Shown: piece by piece, positions 13,983 to 27,077 of the stretch
How the letters are laid out: each line of letters opens with the position of its first letter
Numbering within the stretch: position 1 is the first letter of the stretch
DNA from: the human T2T-CHM13v2.0 reference genome, Homo sapiens
Strand: one strand, 5' to 3'
Assembly: GCF_009914755.1 (NCBI RefSeq)
Contig: NC_060930.1
Length of the DNA: 64,000 nt
Notes under the pieces: model-generated
Told to the model about the DNA's origin: nothing
The model's database searches: none
The model's input: only the letters and a program-made list of their open reading frames with translations
Position numbers and translations under genes: made by a program

Positions 13983-15455
13983 GCTAATAGTGCTTCATTG
14001 TGTATTTATACAACATTTTAAATTCCATTCATCCTTTGATGAACACTTAAGCTTTTTTTCATAGCTTGGCTATTGTGAATAATACTGCAATGAACTGGGT
14101 GTGCAGGCATCTCTTTGGCACACTGATTTCAATTCCTTTCAGCATATACCCAGTAGAGGGATTGCTGGATCATATGGTAATTAAATTTTTAGTTTTTTGA
14201 GGTGTCTCCATACTGTTTTCAAAAATGGTTGTACTAAGTTACAATACCACCAACGTTGTATAAAAAGGGTTCCCTTTTCTTCACATCTTCATGAACACTT
14301 GTTATCTCTCATCTTTTTCATAGTAGCCACTCTAGCCGGTTTTAATTGGCATTTTTCTGATCATTCAAGATGTTGAACATTTTTCCATATATGTGTTGAT
14401 CATTAGTATGTTTTCTTTTGAGAAATATATCTATTCAAGTCTTTTATCCACTTAAAAATGGAGTTATTTGTTTTCTTTTCATTGAGTAGTTTGAGTTCCT
14501 TATACATTTTGGATATTAGCCTCTTATTTGATGTATGATTTACAAACATTTTCTCCAAACCCATGGTTTGTCTCTTCTCTATATTATTTCATTTGCTGTG
14601 CAGAAGCTCTCTAATATAATGCAATCTCATCTGTCTATGTTTGTTTTTGTTGCCTGTGCAATAATATTTGGGGTCTTATCCAAGAAATCTCTGCCCAGAC
14701 CAATATCGTGGAGCTTGTCCTCCAAATTTTCTTCTACTAGTTCTATAGTTACACATCTTATGTTTAAGTATTTAACCCATTTTGAGTTGATTCTTGTATA
14801 AGGAGTGAGATAAGAGTCCATTTTATTGTTTTATATGTGAATATCCAGTTTTTCCAATATCATTTGTTGAAGAGACTATCCTTTCTGTACTGTGTATCTT
14901 CTTGGCACCTTTGTCCAAAATCAATTGACTGTAAATGTGTGAGTTGTTTCTAAGCTTTCTATACTATTTTATTGGTTAATGTGTCAGAATCATGCTGTCT
15001 TAATTACTATAGCTTTGTAATATATTTTTAAATTCTATAGTACGTTGTCTCTAGCTTTGCTCTTTTTAGTCAAGATTGTTTTGTCTATTTGGGGTCTTTT
15101 GTGGTTCCACGTGAATTTTAAGGGTTTTTAAAAATATTTCTATGAAGAATGACATGTTATTTTGATAGAGATTGCATTGAATCTGTAAATTTTGGGGGGG
15201 TCATATGGACATTTTAACAATATTAATTGTTCCAATCCGTGAACATGGGATATGTTTGCATTTATTTTCATCATCTTCTATTTTTTTCAATGTTTTATAG
15301 TTTTCACTACATATATTTTTCACATCCTTGATTAAATTTACTCCTAAATAATTTTTTGATGCTATTGTAAGTAAGTTTGCTTTCTTAATTTCTGTTTCAG
15401 AAAGGTTATCGTTACTGTAGAGAAATTTTACTAATTTTTGTAAGTTGATTTGTAT
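13470..15455 (-). mobile_element. 5'-truncated L1MA-type LINE
   Basis: L1MA 3' UTR (tatatttatggggtacaatgtgatg); ORF2 C-terminal peptides YLTPYTRINSKWVK and YLGVNLIKDVKN in ORF track. Confidence 0.9.
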
Positions 15456-15465
15456 CCAAGCCACT

Positions 15466-15705
15466 TAATGAGATGGGAAAGATTTTGGATAGGAATGGGT
15501 TTGGGGGTAAGAAGAGTTCACTTAGGAATGTCTGAAGTTTGAGATACCTATTAGATACAAAGTGGAAGTGTTATTAAGCTCTTGGATAAAAACCTGGTGT
15601 CGGAAGAGATACAGGCCAGATATAAAGTTTCAGAAGTCATCAATAAAGAGTTAATATTTAAAGTCATGAGATTGCATGAGATCATCAAAACGGTGTAGGA
15701 AGAAA
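15466..15705 (-). mobile_element. L2 fragment
   Basis: agtttgagatacctattagatacaaagtgga...atttaaagtcatgagattgcatgagatca L2 motifs. Confidence 0.7.
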
Positions 15706-15921
15706 AGAAAAAAGCTTTCATGACCTCTTGTATTGTTGAACCACCACTATTTCAGATGTGTCTGTAGTGAAGAAATGTTGAGGTTCTTATATTAGAACTT
15801 GTTGTAGTCTTTTTGACTGTGTCACAGGTGTGGTTGGTTAAGCCAAAGACCTGATCCAATTCATAAAATGAAATAAAATAGAAATGAGTGAAGAATAACC
15901 TAAATGTTAAAATAAAATCCC

Positions 15922-16775
15922 CAGTGGGACATTGTTATTTACTCACCAACATCCATTCCACCTCAACTAATTAATCTAAACTAACCATGATAATCCCATT
16001 CCCTTGTCAGTAAAGACTTAATGGTGGCCAGGCCCAGGACAATTTTGGTAAATGAAAAGCAAGAAGTTTGCCAAGGTCATAGGAGAATAGAGCTTTTAGA
16101 ATCTTAGAGAAAACTATGGGAAGGACAGTGACATGGTTTGGCTGTGTCCCTACCCAAATCTCATCTTGAGCTGTAGTTCCCATAATCCCTACATGTCATG
16201 GGAAGGGCCTGGTAGGAAGTGACTGGATCATGGGGGCAGTTTCCCCCATGCTCTTCTTGTGATAGTGAGTGAGTCCTCTCAAGATCTGATGGTTTTATAA
16301 GCATCTGGCATTTCCTCTGCTGTCACTCCAAACTGCTGCCCTGTGAAGAAGGTGCCTGCTTCTCCTTTGCAATCCACCATGATTGTAAGATTCCTGAGGC
16401 CTCTCCAGTAGTGTGGAACTGTGAGTCAATTAAACTTCTTTCCTTCATAAATTACCCAGTCTCGATGTTTTTTCATAGCAGCGAGAGAATGGACTAATAC
16501 AGGAAGCTATGTTTTTTGTCTTTCCCACTGGGTATAAACAAGCAAGTTTATATGGTTCTACTTCTATGTCTTACAAATATGAGTGTAACCAACCTTGGGA
16601 TGAAACTGACCCTGTAGATGAACCAGGAGAGACCTGGGTCCCCAATGACATCATTGACTTGCAAAATTAACCAACACAGAAATCAATCCTACTATTGTGT
16701 GAGCTGATAAATGTCCTCATTTCTTAAGCCAATTTCAGTTATTTTTCCTGTTACTTGCAGCCAAAAGTAACTAAT
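15922..16775 (+). mobile_element. Old MLT1 LTR hosting a THE1
   Basis: End motif taagccaatttcagttatttttcctgttacttgcagccaaaag. Boundaries approximate. Confidence 0.55.
16129..16501 (+). mobile_element. THE1 (THE1C/D-like) solo LTR
   Basis: tgacatggtttggctgtgtccctacccaaatctcatcttga start; ggactaataca end. Confidence 0.9.
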
Positions 16776-17089
16776 GAATGCATCATATGTACAGTAAAAT
16801 ATAAATCATCTCTAGCCTCTTTAAGGCTATAAAATGAATATTGGAGCTAAATTTATTTGGGGTAATTGCATTATTCATAGAAGTCTGTGATAGTTTTCCT
16901 AAAATAATTGGCTTTTGTTTGACATCAGAGCATATTTCATACATAATCAAATTAGGTTAATTTCAAAGGAAAAATCTCCATAATTTTTTAATAGCTTAAT
17001 AACATCAAATAATGACAAGGAACAGGGAGTGAAGGACAGTACTTCCAAATGAAATAGATAATAAAGACTTGAGAGTAGAAAAAAAGTTA

Positions 17090-17503
<414 letters not shown>

Positions 17504-18389
17504 CTATTGTCTTTAGAGTCTATGCAATTCATTGGACACCTGGGATTACCTGTGGCCCAGCACATTTTAGTAATCAGCATTATAATTATAGAAAAACATG
17601 AGCTGCAAGAAGTAGCTGTAATACATATCTTGTTTTATTTTTCTAATATCCTCCGCTCTAGGTATAATCATATAACAAATGAGGAAACTGAGGGTCAAAG
17701 AAACCCAGTAACTTTCCAATGTTACCTCCTTGCCAGCACCAGTAAGTCCATATTTAGCAGTGAATCCTAATTATTTAGTCCCAAACCTAAATGGGCCTGG
17801 CACATTGGGGAACTCATTGGAGACTTATTGAGTGAATGACACAGTCCTCTTTAATTGTGACATTAGACTTCACAGTGCACAGCGTCAAATTTCAGTCCTT
17901 GGCCAATTTACTACATTATCATCTTCCCTAGATGATGATTGTTAGGACCTTTGAATAAAAATAATTGAATATTTCACCAAATAATCTCTTTTTATACTGA
18001 CACTGACGTTGTGCCTAACAACCCTACATACTGTCACCATGAAAACACACTGTCCTTAGTCCCATTCAGACCATTAGACATACATTATAAATAGAATATT
18101 CAGCTTCATTTCATCCAAAGTTGCCTTAACTTTTTTTATAATAAAACCAGAGATACAAAAATATTAAGTTTTGTTTTAAAACTCATACTATGAGTTTTTT
18201 ATTTAATTCATTCACACAGTCATGTGAGACCTCTTATGATTCTTTAGTATTTAAGAACGATTTTAATCCCTTAACAAGTACCAGAGCATCTACTATCTGG
18301 TAGGTGTTAAAATTAGGTGTCAGAAACACAAAGATAAGCAAAATCACCTTTCCTTCCCTCAGGACAATAACAATACAATAGCTGATATA

Positions 18390-18393
<4 letters not shown>

Positions 18394-18430
<37 letters not shown>
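18394..18430. repeat. (TA)n microsatellite
   Basis: Directly visible. Confidence 0.95.
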
Positions 18431-18433
<3 letters not shown>

Positions 18434-18796
18434 TCTATAAACTTAAGATTAGAGATAGTATGGTCACATAGCTTTACACTCATTTCCTCTAACACAACCA
18501 ACTAGCAATGTCTCCTTACATTTGCATTTTGTTTTAGATTTTACTCTGAGAATTTCACAGTAAATGATAAATAACACTGAAGAGTTTATAACTCATCAAG
18601 TGACAAGCCAGCCAAATTAGGGGGAAAGAAAATGCAGTGTGTTAATTCCAATCAGTGGGTTGTCTTTGCTGTATTTCAAAATACATTTCGTAAAGAAACC
18701 TCTTCCTTTCTTTCATGAAATAAAATGTTTCTGGAAAGTTTTTTCAGAATAAAAGTCTACATTATTTAATTATATTACATATTCAGTATTAGTTAT

Positions 18797-19249
18797 TTTC
18801 ATGTGCGTCCGTGTGAAGAGACCACCAAACAGGCTTTGTGTGAGCAACATGGCTGTTTATTTCACCTGGGTGCAGGTGGGCTGAGTCCGAAAAGAGAGTC
18901 AGGGAAGGCAGATAAGGGTGGGGCCGTTTTATAGGATTTGGGTAGGTAAAGGAAAATTACAGTCAAAGGGGTTTTGTTCTCTGGCAGGCAGGAGTGGGGG
19001 TCACAAGGTGCTCAGCGGGGGTGCTTTCTGAGCCAGGATGAGCTAGGAAAAGGACTTTCACAAGGTAATGTCATCACTTAAGGCAAGGACCTTCCATCTA
19101 CACTTCTTTTGTGGTGGAATGTCATCAGTTAAGGTGGGGCAGGGCATATTCACTTCTTTTGTGATTCTTCAGTTACTTCAGGCCATCTGGGCTTATACGT
19201 GCAAGTCACAGGGGATGCGATGGCTTGGCTTGGGCTCAGAGGCCTGACA
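18797..19249 (-). mobile_element. LTR7 (3' LTR of HERV-H), 453 bp
   Basis: Minus strand tgtcaggcctctgagcccaagccaagcc...ttcacacggacgcacatgaaa; AATAAA near 18860; purine tract immediately upstream. Confidence 0.95.
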
Positions 19250-20222
19250 TTCCTGACTTCTTATATTAATAAGAAAAATAAAACAAAATAGTGTTGAAGT
19301 GTTGGGGTGGCGAAAATTTTGGGGGGAAGGTATGGAGAGAGAATGGGCGATGTTTCTCAGGGCTGCTTCAAGCAGGATTAGGGGCGGCGTGGGAACCTAG
19401 AGTGGGAGAGATTAAGCTGAAGGGAGGTCTTGTGGTAAGGGGTGATATTGTGGGGTTGTTAGAAGAAACATTTGTCGTGTAGAATGATTGGTGATGGCCT
19501 AGATACTGTTTTGGATGAATTGAGAAACTAAATGGAATAACAGAAGGAGATAAACAGGTATAAAAGGTCTAAGAATTGGGACGACTCAGGATATCTGATT
19601 AGAGAGTGCCTAAGGAGATTCAGCATAGTCCTACCAGCAAAGATTATTTATTTACTACAAGAGTTAAGAGTGGCAGTTTGGGGACAGCACCAGGAGATAT
19701 CAGCTGTGATGGCTTGGAAAAAGTGTAAACTGGCAGTGTAAACAAGAGCAGGGCATGTATGAGTAGTTGAGAATGGTGAATAGGAGTATGACTAGACAGA
19801 AGATAGTAGGCATGACAAGTTTTTTGGGGACAGTCTAAGTTGGTCTGGTGTCTGGAATGAGACTGGGGCCTAATAAAAAGGAGCGTCTATACAGGAGCTT
19901 AAATGGGCTGTATCCTGTAGCATTCCGAGGACAGGCCTGAATTCTGAGAAGGGAAAGTGGTAAAAGTATTGTCCAGTCCTTTTTAAGTTGGTGGCTGAGC
20001 TTGGTGAGGTGTGTTTTTTAAAAGACCTTTAGTCTATTCTACTTTTCTTGACGACAGAGGACCGTAAGGGATATAAAGGTTTCACTGAATACTAAGAGCC
20101 TGAAAAACTGCTGGCTGATTTGACTAATAAAGGCTGGTCTGTTATCAGACTGTATTGAGGTGGGAAGGCTAAACTGAGGAATTATGTCTGACAGAATGGA
20201 AGAAATGACTGCGGTGGCCTTC

Positions 20223-20459
20223 TCAGACCCTGTAGGAAAGGCCTCTACCTATCCAGCGAAAGTGTCTACCTAGACTAAGAAGTATTTTAGTTATCTGACT
20301 TGGGGCATGTTGAGTAAAGCTAATTTTCCAGTCCTGGGTGGGAGCAAATCCTCGAGCTTGATGTGTAGGGAAGGGAGGGGGCCTGAATAATCCCTGAGGA
20401 GTAGTAGAATAGCAGATGGAACACTGAGAAGTTATTTCCTTGAGGATAGATTTCCACAA
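20223..20459 (-). pseudogene. pol: HERV-H integrase N-terminal remnant
   Basis: ITSQCSICYSTTPQG...HQARGFAPTQDW: CxxC of the HHCC zinc finger and start of the core; frameshifted. Confidence 0.85.
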
Positions 20460-21250
20460 TGGAAAGGAAATGAGAGGTTCTGAGAGGCGGGCTAGTGGCT
20501 TGTACTATAGCATAGCCTGCCTTTGCTGGTGTGTGGCGATTAGGCCTGGTGGAACCGCCATCAATAAATCAACCGTGATCAGGGTGAGGAACAGGAAAGA
20601 AGGAAATTTGGGGAAATGGGGTGAATGTCAGGTGGATCAGAGAGATACAGTCATGGGGGTCAGGTGTGGTATCCAGAATAATGTGAGAGGCCGGATTGAA
20701 GTCTGGGCCAGGAACAACGGTAATTGTGGGAGACTCAACAAAGAGTGAGTACAGCTGAAGGAGCCGGGAAGCAGAAAGTATATGGGTCAGGTATGAGGAA
20801 GAAAATAGGTTTTGGAAGTTATGAGAACTGTAGAGAGTGAGTTGAGCATAGTTTGTGATTTTTAGGGCCTCTAAAAGTATTAAAGCAGCGGCAGCTGCTG
20901 CACACAGACATGAGGGCTAGGCTAAAACAGTAAGGTCAAGTTGTTTGGACAGAAAGGCTACAGGGTGCGGTCCTGGCTCTTGTGTAAGAATTCTGACCGC
21001 ACTAACCATGCCTAGGAAGGAAAAGAGTTGTTGTTTTGTAGAAGGTGCTTGGGTTTGAGAGATCAGTCCAACACAATTGGCAGGGAGAGCACATGTGTTT
21101 TTATGAGAATTATGCCGAGATAGGTAACAGATGAGGATGAAATTTGGGCTTGATTGAAGTAATGGGGGCTGTCTGTGAAGCTTTGCGGCAGTACAGCCTA
21201 GGTAATTTGCTGAGCTTGATGGGTGTCAGGGTCAGTCCAAGTGAGAGATC

Positions 21251-21568
21251 TCAATAATGGGTTGTAGAGGGAGGTACTGAGGATAGGAGAGTATATGGGT
21301 TTGGCACCACGGGGTGGATAGGCAAAACAATATGGTTGATAAGGCGCAGATCCTGAACTAACTTGTAAGGCTTGTCTGGTTTTAGGACAGGTAAAATGGG
21401 GGAATTGTAAGGAGAGTTTATAGGCTTTAAAAGGCCATGCTGTAGCAGGCGAGTGATAACAGGCTTTAATCTTTTTAAAGCGTGCTGCGGGATGGGATAT
21501 TGGCGTTGAGTTGGGTAAGGGTGATTAGGTTTTAATGAGATGGTAACGGGTGCATGATCGGTCGCCAA
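21251..21568 (-). pseudogene. pol: HERV-H reverse transcriptase N-terminal remnant
   Basis: QYPIP...SPYNSPILPVLKPDKPYKLVQDLRLIN...VVPNPYTLLS; stops before the LDLKxAF motif. Confidence 0.9.
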
Positions 21569-21721
21569 GGAGGGAGTAGAGGTATCTTATACTTGTGAGT
21601 TAAGGTGGGGGGATACAAGAGGAGGACGCAAAGGAGGCTTTGGATTGGGAAGAAGGGCAGCAATGAGATGTAGCTGTAGTCCAGGAATAGTCAGGGAAGC
21701 AGATAATTTAGTTAAAGTGTC

Positions 21722-21946
21722 TCAGCCTAATAAGGGAACTGGGCAGGTGGGGATAACTAAAAAGGAGTGCTTAAAAGAGTATTGTCTAAGTTGGCACCAG
21801 AGTTGGGGAGTTTTAAGAGGTTTAGAAGTCTGGCCGTCAATACCCACAACAGTTATGGAGGCAAGGGAAACAGGCCCTTGAAAAGAAGGTAATGTGGAGT
21901 GGGTAGCCTCTGTATTGATTAAGAAGGGGATGGACTTACCTTCCAC
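21722..21946 (-). pseudogene. pro: HERV-H protease remnant, catalytic motif mutated
   Basis: FLINTEATHS in place of the FL-x-DTGA active site; C-terminal CPVPLLG. Confidence 0.85.
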
Positions 21947-22099
21947 TGTGAGAGTTACCCGAAGCTCGGCGTCCGTGAGGGTCTAGGGGGCTTCCGAGGG
22001 GATCGGGCAGTCAGTCTTCAGCCGCTAAGCCCAGAAGATCTGGGAAGGAGTCAGTCAGAGAGCCTTGGGCCAGAGTTCCAGGGGCTCTGGGAGTGGCTG

Positions 22100-23100
22100 C
22101 CAGGTGAGTTGAACAGTCCGATTTTCAGTGGGGTCCCACACAGATGGGATGCAGCTTAGGAGGAATCCTGGATTGTGGGCATTCCTTGTCCTGGTGGCCA
22201 GATTTCCAGCACGTGTAGCAAGCTCCTGTGGGAGGAGGTTCTGGAGGAACACCTGGCTGCTGCGGTTCAGGCGTTTGGAAGTTCTTGTGTGCTGGAGATG
22301 TGGCTCAGGTTTGTCTCACAGTGGAGGCAAGGAGTTGCAACTTTTTTCTATTATTGTAACCTTGAAGATGAGGTTAATTAAATCCTGTTGTGGTGTTTGA
22401 GGGCTGGAATTTAATTTTTGGAGTTTTATTTAATGTTGGGAGCAGATTGGGTAATAAAATGTATTTTGAGAATGAAACGGCCTTTTGCCCTTTTAGGGTC
22501 TAGGGCTGTAAAGCGTGTCAGGGTTGCTGCCAAACAAGTCATGAACTGGGCTGGATTTTTATATTTGATGAAAAAGAGCCTAAACGCTATCTGATTTGGG
22601 ATAAAGAAAAAGGAGCATTAACCTTGACTATGCCTTTAACTCCAGCCACCTTTTAAAGAGTAAATTGCTGAGCAGGACGGGGAGGGCTAGTCACAGAATG
22701 AAACTAAGCCGGACCAGGTGTGAGGAGGGGAGGTGATAAAAAGATTATAGGGTGGAGGAGCAGAGGCTGAGGAAGAATTGGGACCTAGCTCGGCCTGGCG
22801 AGGAGTAGCCTGGGGAGGAAGGGAGAGGTCAGATGGGTCTGTAGAAAAGGAAGATTAGAAAGACTCAGCGACGCTTGGGGTTGGGACTGAGGGGACAGGC
22901 GGGAGGGAAAGGAGGAAGATTCGGGACAAGTTGCACTGGGCACAGAGACTAGGAAGGGACTGATGTGTAAAAGAATGCCTGGACATTCAGGCACCTCAGA
23001 CCATTTGCCTATTTTACGACAAGAATTATTTAGATCTTGTAGGATGGAAAAATTCAAAGTGCTATTTTCTGGCTATTTGGAACTACTGTCGAGTTTGTCT
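22100..23100 (-). pseudogene. gag: HERV-H gag remnant
   Basis: NFSILQDLNNSCRKIGKWSEVP matrix-like peptide; position between leader and pro; disrupted. Bounds approximate. Confidence 0.7.
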
Positions 23101-23316
23101 TGGGGTCAAGTGGCATTGCAGAAGAAAATAAGGCATTTAGGTTTTAGGTCAGGTGTGAGTTGAAGAGGTTTTAAGTTTTTGAGAACACAGGCCAAGGCAG
23201 TAGAAGGAGGAATGGAGGGTGGAAGGTTGCCTATAGTGAAGGAAGCAAGCCTAGAGAGAAGAGAGAGTAGAGAAACGGAAGGGGTTCGGGGGTTCTTATC
23301 TTCCAGAAAAGGGGTT

Positions 23317-23593
23317 GGGGCACAGAGATAAGAGGTCAGGGCATGGAAATAAGGGATTGAGGTGCAGAGATATAAGAGGGTGGGGTGCGGAAATAAGGGA
23401 TTGGGGTGCAGAGATACGAGGTTGGGGCATGGAAATACGGGATTGGGGCAGAGAGATAAGAGGTCAGGGTGCGGAAATAAGGGATTGGGGCACAGAGATA
23501 AGAGGTCGGGGTGCAGAAATAAGGGATTGGGGTGCAGAGATAAGAGGTCAGGGCACAGAAATAAGGGATTGGGGTGCAGAGATTTAAGAGGTC
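23317..23593. repeat. G-rich minisatellite in HERV-H leader: 13 alternating ~21-bp units (~42-bp dimer)
   Basis: ggggYRcagagataagaggtc alternating with ggggtgcggaaataagggatt. Confidence 0.9.
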
Positions 23594-23658
23594 ATCTGGG
23601 CATATCCGTGCAAGTCACAGGGGATGCGATGGCTTGGCTTGGGCTCAGAGGCCTGACA
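23589..23658 (-). mobile_element. 70-bp U3 remnant of HERV-H 5' LTR
   Basis: Matches 19180-19249 at 67/70 positions by eye. Confidence 0.93.
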
Positions 23659-23742
23659 GTTATCATCTTTCAGATTTTTCTAGGGATAAGGAGGGTATGC
23701 AGAGCTGGCTGGGATTGGTAATAATAATAATGACAATAATAG

Positions 23743-24288
23743 TGTGAGAGGAGTTTGAACCAGAGCAACTCCATCTTGAATAGGGGCTGGGTAAAATGAG
23801 GTTGAGACCTACTGGGCTGCATTCCCAGAGGTTAAGGCATTCTAAGTCACAGGATGAGATAGGAGGTCAGCACAAGATACAGGTCATAAAGACCTTGCTG
23901 ATAAAACAGGTTGCAATAAAGAAGCCAGCTAAAACCCACCAAAACCAAGATGGCGAGAGTGACCCCGGTCATCCTCACTTCAACACTCCCACCAGTGCTA
24001 TGACAGTTTACAAATGCCATGGCAACGTCAGGAAGTTATCCTAGATAGTCTAAAAAGGGAAGGCATAAATAATCCACCCCTCGTTTAGCATATCAAGAAA
24101 TAACCATAAAAATGGGCAACCAGCAGCCCTCGGGGCTGCTCTGACTATGGAGTAGCCCTTCTTTTATTCCTCTACTTTCCTAGTAAACTTGCTTTCATTT
24201 TACTCTATGGACTCGCCCTGAATTCTTTCTTGCATGAGATCTGAGAACCGCCTCTTGGGGTCTGGATTGGTACCACTTTCCTGTAACA
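23743..24288 (+). mobile_element. MER41A solo LTR inserted in a MIR
   Basis: tttgaaccagagcaactccatcttgaatagg start; ctttcctgtaaca end; lacks the MER41B TTCCGGGAA block; MIR sequence resumes at ~24290-24480. Confidence 0.9.
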
Positions 24289-25402
24289 ATAATTACTATT
24301 GAGCACTTAGTATGTGTTAGGCATGGTCATCTGTCTACTTATATTTATCAACTAATTTAATTCTTACAATAATCTAATGAGGTATGTACTTCTACCATTA
24401 GCCCCATTTTAAAGATAAGAAACATGGGGCTTTAAAAGATTAAATAATTTGTCTAGCTCCTAAATGGTAGAGGCAAAATGGAGGAAATTCTGGATCTTAT
24501 TGGTACTCAAACTTGTTAGTAAAAGGTCTATACTTTTGTTTGTTCTCAAAGTAATAGCAAAATTTGTACTACGGGTGATTATTTTTTAAAGCAAAGACAT
24601 TCTAGTCCCTTGCCAGACATCTTGGGTTATTAATTTTTCTCTTATTATGAGTAAAACCTATTTCCTGTGGCTCTATAGTACTAATAGATCTCCAGCCAGG
24701 TTCTGGAACCAGAAAACTACCCCTGAGGTCATTGTGGTGTTGATGTTTCTATTCAGACCTTCTCCTTTCGTGTCCGGGAGCCCTGTTTTGCATCCTTGCC
24801 TCACAATGCCTGCTAATGACTCCAGGTGGCAATGATGCAATGGGCTTTGCTTAATTAGCCCATTAGCAGCCAGCACGGCTGTGGGTGGAAGAGAAAACAA
24901 CTCTCAGTTTGGGGTGAAATGAAAATGCATACTGTACATGAACGCAATGGAAAGAATTAGGAATATAACTCTGGAAGTCATTATTTCCTTACAGACCCCA
25001 TACTGTAAAAATCTCATTAAAATATTTTATCCTCATCTTTCTATGACTGAGAAACATAATGTTCAAAACAGAAGACAACAATCCTGAAACTAAAACCTGA
25101 GTTAATGGGAAAAATTAAGTTTTATTCAGAGTCCTGTAAATGGGGCAAGAAAGAAAAATTAGAATTTAAAAAGAAAAACAGCTTTTTAGTGCTTCAGAGT
25201 TAATGAGTAAACCCCTAAAATCCTGGCCACTTGAAAGCAACTTGGATAAACAGCCAGAAGCCTGAGACTAGCTAGAGAGCAGCTAAATTATTCTAATTTG
25301 TGACTACCAGGAGAAAATGCACATTGCTGTACAAGATTTGTGTCTTGCTAGGGTGATTAATATATGGGCTAACTCCAGAACACATAATTGGATGGCCTAG
25401 GC

Positions 25403-26337
25403 CAGGGTTTCTCAACCTTGGCACCTTTGCTATTGTTGGCTGGGTAATTATTTATTGTGTGTCTCATGTTTAGCAGCATCCCTGGCCTCTACCCACTAGA
25501 TGTCAGGAGCATATCCCCTCCCTGGGCTTTGACAATCAAACGTGTCCCTAAATGTTGCCAAATGTCCCCTTGATATGGACAGGAGGCAGGGAATTACTGG
25601 GTAGAAGAGGGCCGTTCCCCGGCAAAGGCCCCACTCTCAAGACTGGAAACCCACAGCCCTAAATGGCAACAGGCATTCCTGGTTTTGTGCCCAAATGTTG
25701 CCTTTTGGCCCACTACCTTCCCCTGTCCAATACCCATATAAACCCCAAACCCCAGGCTCAATGGGCAGACAAGCAGAAGAGTGGCAAGGCAGAGAAGGAG
25801 AGAAGAAAGGGAACATCTGAACCTCGAGAGGAGTTTGGCTGGGGACGATCGGAGAGGAGACTGGCTGTGGGACGGCCAAATTCCAGAGGAAGATCATCTT
25901 CCCACTCCATCCCCTTTCTAGCTCCCCATCCATCCCACTGAGAGCCACTTCCATCACCCAATAAAATCCCCACATTCTCCATCCTTCAAGTGTGTGTGTG
26001 ACCTGATTCTTCCTGACACTGACAAGAACCTGGGTACCAAGAGGGCAGTGTGCTGGTTAACAAGCTGTCTGTGGATAGGAGAGCTAAAAGAGCACAGTAG
26101 CAGGCCCACCAGGGCTTCAAGAGTCACAGGCACACACCCCTAGACATTGCTGCAAGGCCCACATGCACAGGGTTTGCTACTGCCAGCACCCAAAAGCGCT
26201 CACCCAGGTTCCTGCTCCTGTCCATCTGTGTGCTCTCCCTCCCATAAGGGGTTCAAGCACATCTCTTGCAAGGGGGGTCAGGGAACTCTCCTGTTTTACC
26301 CTGTGGGGCAAAACCACCTCCAGTTGAGAACAACAGC
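25403..26337. mobile_element. MER20 hAT transposon split by an LTR
   Basis: cagggtttctcaaccttggcac start; tttagcagcatccctggcctctacccactagatg core; ccagttgagaac end. Confidence 0.85.
25571..26298 (+). mobile_element. ERV1 solo LTR (LTR1/LTR27-like)
   Basis: tgatatggacaggaggcaggg...gggtagaagaggg start; gggaactctcctgtttta end; 4-bp TSD CCCT (25567-25570 / 26299-26302). Confidence 0.8.
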
Positions 26338-27077
26338 TAAGACATTTCTCTTTCAAGCTCCTACTTCATATGGTGCCTCAGCGGATTCTTCTTCAGGAGT
26401 CCTCACTACACAGTATCAGCCCAGTAAGAAGGACTTTTACACTCCTTCAGATGGCTTTGAATCCCAACTTTTTTACCTACTAGCAATGTAGCTTTATTCA
26501 AATTATAAAATAATAATATTAGCAGTTATTTACTTAGTGTTTAATCATTTTCTTATTCAACCAAAATGTTCCAATGGAGTCAGGAAATCTACTACATTCT
26601 AGGGATACAGTTTTTGAGCAAAAATAATACTGACTCTGATTCATGGAATTTACAGCCTAGTGATAAGATAGATATTAATCAAACAACTGCCCCTGTAAGT
26701 ACATAATTACCCAGTCAGATGAGCACTATGAAGTAAAGTCATGGCATTAGCATGTGCATAGGTCCTAGGATTGTAGAAAAAAAAATTCTAAAGATTAGCA
26801 TGGTTTAACCACAGAGAGCATGTTTACCATACACCAAATACTCTGCTAAACACTTCCTATATGATAACATAGATTAGGTGCATGTGGCAAGACAGAGGAA
26901 CTGTGAATACACTTATTTTACACATGCAGGTCAGAGAAGTTGTCACTTAGCCAAGGTTACAGGATTCAAGAGTGGGAAAGCTGGAATTTAAAGCCAGATT
27001 CAAAACTTCAGAGCCTATGTTCTTTAATTACTCATGTAATTACTTCTTCTTTACACCACCTTATAGTTTTTTTGCTC

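Larger units (their letters stand above)
18797..23658 (-). mobile_element. HERV-H provirus, deleted form with truncated 5' LTR
   Basis: Perfect 5-bp TSD GTTAT (18792-18796 / 23659-23663); LTR7 sequence at both ends; gag, pro, RT and IN remnants. Confidence 0.97.

Noticed and set aside
23317-23593. Regular repeat array resembling CRISPR; ORFs 23315-23587 and 23362-23721 with repeated peptides
   Set aside because: Units are contiguous with no unique spacers and no cas genes. It is the HERV-H leader minisatellite and the ORFs are by-products.
23743-24288. MER41 as an interferon-inducible STAT1 enhancer
   Set aside because: The tandem TTCCGGGAA-type sites of MER41B are absent. This is the MER41A form.
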